Assembly (NCBI GenBank): GCA_029557635.1 | Contig: JAKQIG010000287.1 | Coordinates: 1 to 25,601, forward strand | DNA length: 25,601 nt | Source of the DNA: a bacterium | GTDB taxonomy: Bacteria > Muiribacteriota > UBA9980 | Direction: 5' to 3' | Shown: positions 1 to 7,829 of the stretch, in pieces | How positions within the stretch are numbered: position 1 is the stretch's first letter | Layout: the number at the start of each line of letters is the position of its first letter | Program-made: the position numbers and the translations under genes | The notes under the pieces: generated by a model | What the model was told of the DNA's origin: nothing | Databases searched by the model: none | The model's input: the letters and a program-made list of their open reading frames with translations, nothing else

Positions 1-868
1 CAACTTATACACCGAAGACGAATCGGACGTTAAAAAAATAAAGGCCCGCGACGAAAAGATTTATTACCCCGGCGTAATTTCTTCCAGCATAACCGGCACT
101 ACCGGCTTAATTTACACGCAGACAGCGCATACGCTCAAAAAAGGGCAGTTCAACATCGGCGCGCACATAGTATATAACACTATCTCAAAGCAAAACAACA
201 ACAAGATATCGTTTTTGAACGACGAATACGCTCACCAGTACCAGTTCCCTATTAACGTAACCGTCGGCGCGCTCGATAACTTCGAACTAGGCTTTATCTT
301 TCCCGGCCAGTCGTGGAAAATCAACTGCTCCTCGCTTAAGCCTCAAAACGACAGCGGCTCGGGCATGGGCGATATAGGCATGAAAATGAAATATAAACTT
401 CCCATGCAGCCGGAATCGCCCACTTCGCTCGCGGTAGGCTGGGGCGTTAAATTTCCGACCGCGGACAAAAAGACGATGTATGTCATGGGCGCCACCGGCG
501 AAGCCGACTACGACGTATTCGCGGCGCTTTCGCAAAAACTTTCATCGGCCAACGTCCATATCAACCTGGGCTACACCTCCACCGGCGACCCGCGCTCTTC
601 TCAGGCCGGCCAGAGGCTCTTCGTCGACGATAAATTCGTATATAACCTCGGCGTGGATTTTTCCAAAACCGACGACCTGACGCTCAGCTTCGAATTGAAC
701 GGCGAAAACTGGGGCGCCATGGGCACAAAGCTTGATTTCACCCCCGCGCTCAGAACGCGCGTAAATAAAGACCTTATTCTCGACGCGGCGCTGCCCGTAT
801 CGTTTTATAACGATCAGGAATACGGATATAACTTTAAATTCATAATGGGCGCCACTTACATGTTCTAA
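1..868 (+). CDS. Outer-membrane beta-barrel protein (porin-like), 5'-truncated by the window edge.
   Basis: The reading frame is open from nt 2 and continuous with the listed 215..868 ORF, whose listed start is only an internal TTG. Alternating amphipathic beta-strand pattern and a C-terminal ...GATYMF ending in Phe, typical of OM beta-barrels. The overlapping minus-strand 542..1030 ORF is a shadow ORF. Confidence 0.55.
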   Translation, partial: NLYTEDESDVKKIKARDEKIYYPGVISSSITGTTGLIYTQTAHTLKKGQFNIGAHIVYNTISKQNNNKISFLNDEYAHQYQFPINVTVGALDNFELGFIFPGQSWKINCSSLKPQNDSGSGMGDIGMKMKYKLPMQPESPTSLAVGWGVKFPTADKKTMYVMGATGEADYDVFAALSQKLSSANVHINLGYTSTGDPRSSQAGQRLFVDDKFVYNLGVDFSKTDDLTLSFELNGENWGAMGTKLDFTPALRTRVNKDLILDAALPVSFYNDQEYGYNFKFIMGATYMF

Positions 869-934
869 CCTTAAAGCAAAATTAAAGCGTAAATTAAAGA
901 AAATATAAATTCTGTAAATCGAGTATGAAGTAAA

Positions 935-968
935 AAGACGGCGTCGCCCCAAAGGCGCGCCGTTTTTT
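935..968 (+). terminator. Candidate rho-independent terminator after the OMP gene.
   Basis: GC-rich hairpin ACGGCG...CGCCGT followed by TTTTTT (gacggcgtcgccccaaaggcgcgccgtttttt). Confidence 0.45.
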
Positions 969-1030
969 AATTTCCGCTTTCGCTTTTTAAAAACGCCGCC
1001 GCCGCGATTATAAGCGCCGCTGCGGACCAT

Positions 1031-1059
1031 TTGATTTTACCCGTTCGTTGTGTTATAAT
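1031..1059 (+). promoter_or_regulatory. Sigma-70-type promoter candidate for xylF.
   Basis: -35 TTGATT (1031-1036), 17-nt spacer, extended -10 TGtTATAAT (1051-1059). A GGAGG Shine-Dalgarno lies 8 nt before the ATG at 1130. Confidence 0.45.
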
Positions 1060-1129
1060 ATTATCCAGTTAAAAATTCATGGCGTAAAAAACAATCACAG
1101 ATCTTTAAATAAAATCGGAGGTTTTATCA

Positions 1130-2161
1130 ATGTCGTTTATTTCCAGAAGTTATCGTTCGATCATAATCGCCGTTATAACCGTCATCCTCGCGGCGTCGGC
1201 CGCGTACTGCCAGCAGGCTAAAAAAATCACCGTCGGCGTTTCCCTTCCCACACAGCGTGAAGAACGCTGGGTGCGCGACGCCAGGCAGCTCGAAGATGAA
1301 GCTAAAAAACGCGGAATCGAGATAAAAATGCAGATTTCCGACAACGACGCCATGAAACAGGTCGCCCAGTGCGAAAATTTAATCGCGGGCGGAATCGATA
1401 TTCTCATACTCGCCCCTCACGACGCCACCGGCGCCGCCCCCATCGTAGAAAACGCCCATAACGCCGGAATAAAAGTCATATCCTACGACAGGCTCATATT
1501 AAACGCCGACTGCGACCTCTACGTTTCATTCGATAACGAAAAAGTCGGCGAGCTCCAGGGAGAATTCATAACCAGAACCGTGCCCAAAGGCAATTATATA
1601 ATACTTTCAGGCTCGCCCACCGATAATAACGCCGCTATGTTTAAAGCCGGCGCCATGAAGATTATAAAACCGCTCGCAGATAAGGGCGATATCAAAATAG
1701 TTATGGAACAGGCAGTTAAAGACTGGCAGCCCTCCGAAGCCATGAAAATCGTAGAAAACGCCCTCACGGCCAACGATAATAAAATAGACGCCGTGCTCGC
1801 GCCAAACGACGGCACCGCCGGCGGCGCAATACAGGCCCTCGCCGCGCAAAAAATGGACGGCAAAGTAACCGTAACCGGTCAGGACTCGGAACTTTCCGGC
1901 GCGCAGAGAATCGCCGAAGGCTCCCAATCCATGACCGTCTTTAAAGACACCCGCAAACTGGCCATAGCCGCAATCGACGCCGCGGAAAAAATCCTTTCTT
2001 CAAAAGAAGTCGAAATCACAAAAAAAATCAATAACAATAAAAGCGATATCCCGGCGCTGCTTCTCACCCCCGTCGCCGTCGATAAAAGCAATATAGACAA
2101 AGAACTGATAGAAAGCGGTTACCTCACTAAAGAAGAAGTCTATAAAAACGTTAAAAAATAA
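1130..2161 (+). CDS. xylF: D-xylose ABC transporter periplasmic substrate-binding protein (XylF-like), with signal peptide.
   Basis: N-terminal hydrophobic signal peptide. From memory, strong identity to E. coli XylF, including YDRLI, ISFDNEKVGELQ, NNKIDAV...APNDGTAGGAIQAL and LLTP(V/I)...KNNI blocks. Periplasmic-binding-protein type I fold family. Confidence 0.85.
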   Translation: MSFISRSYRSIIIAVITVILAASAAYCQQAKKITVGVSLPTQREERWVRDARQLEDEAKKRGIEIKMQISDNDAMKQVAQCENLIAGGIDILILAPHDATGAAPIVENAHNAGIKVISYDRLILNADCDLYVSFDNEKVGELQGEFITRTVPKGNYIILSGSPTDNNAAMFKAGAMKIIKPLADKGDIKIVMEQAVKDWQPSEAMKIVENALTANDNKIDAVLAPNDGTAGGAIQALAAQKMDGKVTVTGQDSELSGAQRIAEGSQSMTVFKDTRKLAIAAIDAAEKILSSKEVEITKKINNNKSDIPALLLTPVAVDKSNIDKELIESGYLTKEEVYKNVKK

Positions 2162-2167
2162 CGAGAG

Positions 2168-3700
2168 TTGATAAATTTGAACGAAACTAACGCACTCGCA
2201 ATGAAAAATATTACCAAAACTTTTCCCGGCGTCAAAGCGCTTTCCGAAGTGAGCTTCAGCGTGAAAAAAGGCGAAATACACGCGCTGGTCGGCGAAAACG
2301 GCGCCGGCAAATCCACGCTTATGAAAGTGCTCAGCGGCGTATATCCCGGCGGAACCTTCGAAGGCGAAATAACGGTCGGCGGCGCCGCAAAGGACTTTCA
2401 AGGCATAAAAGACAGCGAAGCGGCCGGAATAGCCATAATTTATCAGGAACTGGCCCTGGTAGGACAGTTGAGCGTATGCGAAAATATCCTTCTGGGACAC
2501 GAAATATGCGACGGCTTCGGTAAAATCGACTGGAACGCTTCGTTCGAAAAAGCTTCGCGCGCCCTGAAAAAAGTCGGCCTGAACATCAGCCCGGCCCATA
2601 AAACCATGAACCTGGGAGTCGGCGAGCAGCAGCTGGTAGAAATAGCCAAGGCGCTGGCCAAAAACAGCGATATACTTATACTTGACGAGCCTACCGCCGC
2701 TCTCACCGAAAGCGAATCCAACAGGCTCATCGCGATATTAAAAGAACTCCGTAAAGAAGGAATAACGTGCATTTACATATCGCACAGGCTTAAAGAAGTT
2801 TTCGAACTGGCCGATACCATAACGGTTTTAAGAGACGGCCGGACCGTCGCTACCGCGGCTGCGAAGGATTTCGACGAACAAAAACTCATAGCCACCATGG
2901 TCGGACGCGAACTCAAACAAATATACCCGCGCAAAAAACGCGAATGCGGAAAAATAATATTCGAAATCAAAGATTACACAGTCTACGACCCCGCGCGCGG
3001 CGCCGACTCGGTCAAAAATGTCAGCTTCACGCTGCACCAGGGCGAAATACTCGGCTTTTCAGGCCTGGTGGGCGCGGGCCGCAGCGAACTTTTCATGAAT
3101 TTAATTAACGCCTCCGGCCGAAAAACCGGCGGAGAAGTTTTTCTCGAAGGCAAAAAAATCGATATACGCGACGTAAACGACGCCATCCAAAAGAAAATCA
3201 TGCTCGTTTCAGAAGACCGTAAACGCTACGGCCTCGTTTTAATGATGGATATCAATAAAAATATATCCCTGGCAAGCCTCGAAAAAGTTTCGAGACATTC
3301 AGTCATTAACGCTAACGCCGAAATCAAAAACGCCGAAAAATACACCGCCGCGCTTAAAATCAAAACGCCCTCCGTCGAACAGAAAACCCGTAACTTGAGC
3401 GGCGGCAATCAACAGAAAGTCGTGCTGGCAAAATCGCTGATGATCGAACCCCGCATCCTGATACTCGACGAACCCACGCGCGGCATAGACGTCGGAGCAA
3501 AATTAGAAATTTATAATATTATTAACGAACTCGTCGATTCGGGAGTGGGCGTCATAATCATATCTTCCGATCTTCCGGAAATAATCGGCATGAGCGACCG
3601 TGTGGCGGTTATGCACGAAGGGCGCCTTAAAGCCGTGCTGGATATTTCCGAAGCCACGCAGGAAAATATTATGCGCCACGCCACCGGAACGGCGGCATAA
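2168..3700 (+). CDS. xylG: Sugar (xylose) ABC transporter ATP-binding protein with two ABC cassettes (XylG-like).
   Basis: Two Walker A motifs (GENGAGKST, GLVGAGRS), two signature motifs (LGVGEQQLVEIAKAL, LSGGNQQKVVLAKSL) and Walker B motifs LILDEPT (x2). Length and collinearity match XylG. The listed ORF starts at a TTG (2168); the ATG at 2201 (MKNITKTF...) aligns with the XylG N-terminus and is the more likely true start. Confidence 0.85.
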   Translation: MINLNETNALAMKNITKTFPGVKALSEVSFSVKKGEIHALVGENGAGKSTLMKVLSGVYPGGTFEGEITVGGAAKDFQGIKDSEAAGIAIIYQELALVGQLSVCENILLGHEICDGFGKIDWNASFEKASRALKKVGLNISPAHKTMNLGVGEQQLVEIAKALAKNSDILILDEPTAALTESESNRLIAILKELRKEGITCIYISHRLKEVFELADTITVLRDGRTVATAAAKDFDEQKLIATMVGRELKQIYPRKKRECGKIIFEIKDYTVYDPARGADSVKNVSFTLHQGEILGFSGLVGAGRSELFMNLINASGRKTGGEVFLEGKKIDIRDVNDAIQKKIMLVSEDRKRYGLVLMMDINKNISLASLEKVSRHSVINANAEIKNAEKYTAALKIKTPSVEQKTRNLSGGNQQKVVLAKSLMIEPRILILDEPTRGIDVGAKLEIYNIINELVDSGVGVIIISSDLPEIIGMSDRVAVMHEGRLKAVLDISEATQENIMRHATGTAA

Positions 3701-3752
3701 CGAAGGCTTATAATTATAAGCCGCTTAAAATAATAAAACGAAAGGGTAATTT

Positions 3753-4937
3753 ATGCAGGATAACGAAACGTCCCTATATCAAACCGCCGTAAATTCGTTC
3801 AAAAACAATTTCCGGCAGTACACCATGATAATAGCCCTGGCGGCCATATGGATAATATTCACTTTCGCCACGAACCACATATTTATCACGCCCCGGAACC
3901 TTTCAAATCTATTCCTGCAGACCGTTCCGGTCGCAATACTGGCCGCCGGAATGACGCTTATCATAGTCACCGGCAATATTGACCTTTCGGTCGGCGCGCT
4001 CGCCGGATTTTGCGGCGCCGTGGCCGCCGTTTTACAGGTCAAATACCAGTTCGGCACTTTCAGCGTTATCCTCGCCGCGCTCGGCGTCGGATTGGTAATA
4101 GGCCTCTGGCACGGTTTCTGGATCGCATATCAGAAGGTCCCGGCTTTCATAGTTACGCTTTCAAGCATGCTCGCCCTGCGCGGCGCAGTGCTCGGCGTCA
4201 CCGACGGAATGACCATCGGACCCATGCAGGACTCGTTCAAGGCAATCGGCCAGAAATACCTGCCGCCTTACTTTTCCGCCGGAGCCGGTTTTAACGATTC
4301 AAGCCTCGCGGTGGCCCTGATATGCATAACGCTTTTTCTAATATTCGACTGGAACGGCCGCAGAGCCAGAATTAAATTCGGTTTCGAAGTCCTTCCACTC
4401 AACGCCCAGATCCTCAGAATGACGCTTATAGCTCTGGCCATGGCGGCTTTCTTTTCAGTAATGATCTTCTACCAGGGCATAGCCTACAGCGTCCTGCTGC
4501 TTATCGCCATAACGGTTGTTTTCAGCTTCGTCTCCACCGACACCGTATTCGGCCGCAGGCTTTATGCGATAGGCGGAAACGCCGACGCCGCCAGGCTCTC
4601 CGGAATAAATATCGAGAAAAATATCCTGATGCTATACCTGATCTACGGCGTCCTCACCGCCGTGGCCGGAGTCGTCCTCACCGCACGCCTCAACGCCGCC
4701 ACAACATCGGCCGGCACTAATATGGAACTCGACGCGATCGCCGCCGCCGTTATAGGCGGAACAAGCCTGCTCGGCGGCGAAGGTACCATCGTCGGCGCGA
4801 TAATCGGCGCGCTTATAATGGCAAGCCTCGATAACGGAATGAGCCTTATGAATATGAATATCACTTACCAGTATATAATAAAGGGCATGATCCTGCTGTT
4901 CGCGGTCTGGCTCGATATTTACAACCGCAGAAAATAA
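3753..4937 (+). CDS. xylH: Sugar ABC transporter permease (XylH-like).
   Basis: About 10 predicted TM helices. Length (394 aa) and position directly after xylG match XylH. Conserved AraH/XylH-type C-terminal region (ARLNAAT...[10 protein letters not shown]). Confidence 0.85.
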   Translation: MQDNETSLYQTAVNSFKNNFRQYTMIIALAAIWIIFTFATNHIFITPRNLSNLFLQTVPVAILAAGMTLIIVTGNIDLSVGALAGFCGAVAAVLQVKYQFGTFSVILAALGVGLVIGLWHGFWIAYQKVPAFIVTLSSMLALRGAVLGVTDGMTIGPMQDSFKAIGQKYLPPYFSAGAGFNDSSLAVALICITLFLIFDWNGRRARIKFGFEVLPLNAQILRMTLIALAMAAFFSVMIFYQGIAYSVLLLIAITVVFSFVSTDTVFGRRLYAIGGNADAARLSGINIEKNILMLYLIYGVLTAVAGVVLTARLNAATTSAGTNMELDAIAAAVIGGTSLLGGEGTIVGAIIGALIMASLDNGMSLMNMNITYQYIIKGMILLFAVWLDIYNRRK

Positions 4938-4965
4938 GCCGTTTTAAATACTTTGTTTTTTGATA

Positions 4966-5000
4966 AGGGAAGGCAAGGGACCAAAGGCCCCTTCCTTCCC
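4966..5000 (+). terminator. Candidate terminator hairpin after xylH.
   Basis: GGGAAGG-CAAGGG...CCCTT-CCTTCCC stem-loop followed by TTAAAAT. A second small hairpin CCGGC-ttttct-GCCGG at 5052..5068 is followed by a U-rich tract. Confidence 0.4.
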
Positions 5001-5191
5001 TTAAAATCCCTTCCAACCCCAAATCAGCCTGACGCTTTATTAATGTGAAGTGCCGGCTTTTCTGCCGGATCTTTAATTCTGCTATGCTTTTTTCTTAAAT
5101 CGCTACAAATTCTTTTTTGATTATCCTTTATTTTCCTTAACTGCCAAAATTTCTTTTCGCTTTGTTTTTCTGTTTTTTGTTTCTGTTTTTT

Positions 5192-5220
5192 GCAGACGCG
5201 CGCTTACGCTCGCGTCTGCG
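5192..5220. other. Perfect 9-bp inverted repeat / stem-loop (GCAGACGCG-cgcttacgct-CGCGTCTGC) preceded by a ~100-nt pyrimidine-rich tract.
   Basis: Seen directly in the sequence; the hairpin is not followed by a U-run on either strand, so it is not a canonical terminator. Confidence 0.5.
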
Positions 5221-5311
5221 CTGCAATAATGGCTTGCTGGTTAGTTAACTTAAGGGTTTTATATTTACTTTTCGGTTAATCAACTTTTATTTAATTTGCT
5301 TTTAAGCTTGT

Positions 5312-5453
5312 AGCAGGGGCCAGACAAAATTTTTGAGGAGCGTTGCGGAGGCCCTGGAGCCCAGGGAGGGGCGAGAAGGGCCGAGCACGAGCGGCAAAAA
5401 TCCCGGAGGGATTTTTGAACGAGTCTCCGAAAAAACTTGTCTGGTACCCTGCC
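5312..5453 (+). ncRNA. Structured ncRNA candidate, copy 1 (rod-like, 6S-RNA-like architecture).
   Basis: The 5' end AGCAGGGGCCAGACAAAATTTTTGAGGAGCG pairs with the 3' end CGAGTCTCCGAAAAAACTTGTCTGGTACCCTGC, giving a long interrupted closing helix. Internal hairpins CCCTGG-AGC-CCAGGG and AAAAATCCC-GGA-GGGATTTTT. No ORF. Paralogous to 5559..5754. Confidence 0.5.
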
Positions 5454-5558
5454 CAAAACTACCAGCTAAAATACAAAAGTTCTTGTTTAAAAAACGATAA
5501 ATTTTTATAAAAAAACTTTCAGGTTAAAATCCATTGTTTAAATTGTTTTTAAGCTTTT

Positions 5559-5754
5559 AGCAGGGGCCAGAATAATTTTTGAAGGGGTGTAGCGGAATCG
5601 CCGGAGCCCAGGGATGGGCGAGATCGGGGCACGGATGCCCTAATGCAGCACGCGCCATGGACGGCAACGGCGTGCTGCGGCGCTGAGCTCAAGCGGCTAA
5701 AATCCCGGAGGGATTTTAGAACGCGTCCCCTAAAAAAATTATCTGGCGCCCTGC
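5559..5754 (+). ncRNA. Structured ncRNA candidate, copy 2 (paralog of copy 1 with a ~55-nt GC-rich insertion).
   Basis: Same terminal sequences as copy 1 (AGCAGGGGCCAGA...TCTGGCGCCCTGC). Compensatory changes relative to copy 1 maintain the helix (ACAA:TTGT becomes ATAA:TTAT; GGAG:CTCC becomes AGGGG:CCCCT). Conserved AAAATCCC-GGA-GGGATTTT hairpin. Extra hairpins at 5626..5640 (GGGCA-cgga-TGCCC) and 5645..5678 (GCAGCACGC...GCGTGCTGC). Confidence 0.5.
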
Positions 5755-5776
5755 CCAAACTACTAGCTAAAATGCA

Positions 5777-5952
5777 AAAGAACCTGTTTTAAGTTTTAAT
5801 AATGGTCATATAAAATTTTAAGAGCTGATACATGAAGCGTTTTAATTTATATAAAGCTCGCTGGGCGAGCCCCAGCCTTAACTATTCACTATCCACTCTG
5901 CACTATTCACTGATAAATTTCCCGAAAGAACCTGTTTTAAGTTTTAATAATG
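5777..5952 (+). repeat. 28-nt direct repeat AAAGAACCTGTTTTAAGTTTTAATAATG at 5777..5804 and 5925..5952; a variant (AAAGTTCTTGTTTAA) follows ncRNA copy 1 at ~5474..5490.
   Basis: Exact 28/28 match read directly. Each occurrence sits just 3' of a (g/c)caaaag tail that follows the ncRNA copies. The third occurrence, with the conserved ccc + aaagaacc context, looks like a 3' remnant of a further ncRNA copy. Confidence 0.5.
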
Positions 5953-6049
5953 AAAATAAAACAATAATTTAACTCGTAAATTTTAATTGAAATTAAAGAT
6001 AATTCAAAGTATAATATACTGATTAATTTTATAAAATTTCGGAGGCGCA

Positions 6050-7366
6050 ATGTATATTAAAAACGAAAAACTCGGCAGCGAAAAACTTAGATTATATAAT
6101 CTTTTCCCTCGCCTCGCCGGCAATATGACCGAGTGGGCCAAACACCTGCCACGCATCGCGGCGATGAACTTCAACTCCGTTTATATCAACCCTTTTCACT
6201 ATGCCGGATTTTCGGGTTCCCTTTACAGCCCTTCGGATTACTACCGTTTTAATGATCTTTTTATCGACGGCTCTTCAAAATTAAAGCCGGTGGAGCAGCT
6301 TAAACGCTTTATAGACGAGGCGCATAAACTCAACCTGAAAGTCATAATGGACCTGGTAATAAACCACACGGCCATCGATTCGCCACTTACTAAAGAACAC
6401 CCCGACTGGTATCTGAAAAACGCCGAAGGAAAGATAAAAAACCCCGGCGCCATGCACGACGGTAAAATGGTCCTGTGGGGCGATCTCGCCGAAATCGATA
6501 ACGCCGCTTCTAAAGATATCGATAACCTCTACGAATTCTGGCGCAAACTTGTAATGTACCACCTGGACCTCGGTTTCGACGGGTTCAGATGCGACGCCGC
6601 ATACCAGGTGCCTTCTAAATTATGGAAGTTTTTAACGCGCCACGCCAAAAGCAAATATCCCGAAACTTTATTTATCGCCGAAAGCCTCGGCTGCACTATA
6701 GAAGACGCTATCGTCCTCGCGGAATCCGGCTTCGACTACACGTTCAACAGCTCGAAATACTGGAACTTCAACGAACCATGGCTCATCAAACAATATAAAG
6801 ACTCTTTCGAAAAAGTCCGCGGCGTGCCTTCTATCGGTTTCGCCGAATCGCACGATACGCCGAGGCTCTTCAACGAATTAAAAGGCAATGTGGACGCGAT
6901 TTACCAGCGCTGCCAGTTCGTTTCGTTCTTCGCCAGCGGCCTCATGGTCCCCTGCGGCCTCGAATTCGGCTTCAAAAAAGAAATGAACGTAGTCACCACC
7001 ATGCCGTCCGACTGGGAAAACACCGGCATAGACATAAGCGGTTTCTTCAAGAAAATCAACGATATCAAAAACCGTTACAAAATTTTAAACGAGGAATGCG
7101 AGCTTCAGGTGGTAGATCAACCCAACTGGATGAACGTTTTCTGCTTCAGAAAAATATCTTTCGACTCCTCCGAACGCATACTTTGCATTGTAAATAAAGA
7201 CGTTCATAGCCATCAGTTCGTGCAGTTCAGCGATATAAACGCCGCCATCGGCTCCGCCGGCGAAGTTATCGACATTTCTCCGCTTTATACGCTCGAATCC
7301 GTTAATAGAAATTTCGAATATAATCTCAGGCCCGGACAGCTGATATTGCTTTACGCAAAAAATTAA
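6050..7366 (+). CDS. GH13-family alpha-glucan enzyme, GlgE-like (alpha-1,4-glucan:maltose-1-phosphate maltosyltransferase catalytic domain only).
   Basis: GGAGG SD 7 nt upstream. LFPR motif, LPRIAAMNFNSVYINP, VIMDLVINHT (GH13 region I, DxxxNH) and GFDGFRCDAAYQVP (region II GFRxD). Good collinearity with the GlgE catalytic core recalled from Mycobacterium/Streptomyces, without the N-terminal GlgE domains. Confidence 0.7.
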   Translation: MYIKNEKLGSEKLRLYNLFPRLAGNMTEWAKHLPRIAAMNFNSVYINPFHYAGFSGSLYSPSDYYRFNDLFIDGSSKLKPVEQLKRFIDEAHKLNLKVIMDLVINHTAIDSPLTKEHPDWYLKNAEGKIKNPGAMHDGKMVLWGDLAEIDNAASKDIDNLYEFWRKLVMYHLDLGFDGFRCDAAYQVPSKLWKFLTRHAKSKYPETLFIAESLGCTIEDAIVLAESGFDYTFNSSKYWNFNEPWLIKQYKDSFEKVRGVPSIGFAESHDTPRLFNELKGNVDAIYQRCQFVSFFASGLMVPCGLEFGFKKEMNVVTTMPSDWENTGIDISGFFKKINDIKNRYKILNEECELQVVDQPNWMNVFCFRKISFDSSERILCIVNKDVHSHQFVQFSDINAAIGSAGEVIDISPLYTLESVNRNFEYNLRPGQLILLYAKN

Positions 7367-7384
7367 AGCCGGACGGTATATGCT

Positions 7385-7768
7385 ATGAAGAAAAAAATCG
7401 CGGTTTTCATTACAGGGCTTCTCGTTATAATCGCAGTATATATTTTAGAAGTTAAGCCGCGGCTCCAGGCTTATGAATACGTTAGAAATATGCCCATAGG
7501 CGCCGTAGATATCCAAAAACTCGCGGACGCCACAAAAGAAGGCGAATTCAGCCTTTCCGACATTTATTGCAAGGTAAGGGTGCGCGTCAAAAACAAGAAA
7601 ATAGAAAGCATCGAAATCGTTAAAAACGCGACTAACGACCTGGCTAAAAAAGCCGAAAAAGTTACGGAAAAAGTCATAGCCGCTCAATCCTTGAACGTAG
7701 AATGCATAACAGGCGCCACAGCCACTTCGAAAGCCATATTAAAAGCGGTCGAAAACGCTTTAAAATAA
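7385..7768 (+). CDS. Small membrane-anchored FMN-binding-domain protein.
   Basis: N-terminal TM/signal anchor (KKIAVFITGLLVIIAVYIL). C-terminal ITGATATSKAILKAVENAL matches the FMN_bind hallmark (GAT.TS.A...AV..AL) seen in RnfG/NqrC-type proteins. Confidence 0.55.
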   Translation: MKKKIAVFITGLLVIIAVYILEVKPRLQAYEYVRNMPIGAVDIQKLADATKEGEFSLSDIYCKVRVRVKNKKIESIEIVKNATNDLAKKAEKVTEKVIAAQSLNVECITGATATSKAILKAVENALK

Positions 7769-7829
7769 AAAACCAAAAATAAAAATATACAATTTAAAAG
7801 AAATTTAAGGAATAGCTAATTATTAAGAT

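Noticed and set aside
542-1030. 162-aa minus-strand ORF overlapping the OMP gene and its terminator.
   Set aside because: It lies antisense to a well-supported CDS and runs through a terminator hairpin. The product is Arg/Gly-rich low complexity typical of a shadow ORF on GC-rich coding DNA.
2000-2599. 199-aa minus-strand ORF spanning the xylF/xylG junction.
   Set aside because: Antisense to two strongly supported ABC-transporter genes; no RBS; Phe/Ala-rich nonsense composition.
4010-4294. 94-aa Arg-rich plus-strand ORF inside xylH.
   Set aside because: An alternate frame of the permease gene; Arg/Pro-rich composition is characteristic of an off-frame read of a GC-rich membrane-protein gene.
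4938-6049. Considered whether the gene-free 1.1 kb region could be a CRISPR array or an IS/MITE remnant.
   Set aside because: There are no regularly spaced identical repeats of CRISPR size and no terminal inverted repeats or transposase fragments; the repetition is explained by duplicated structured-RNA units.
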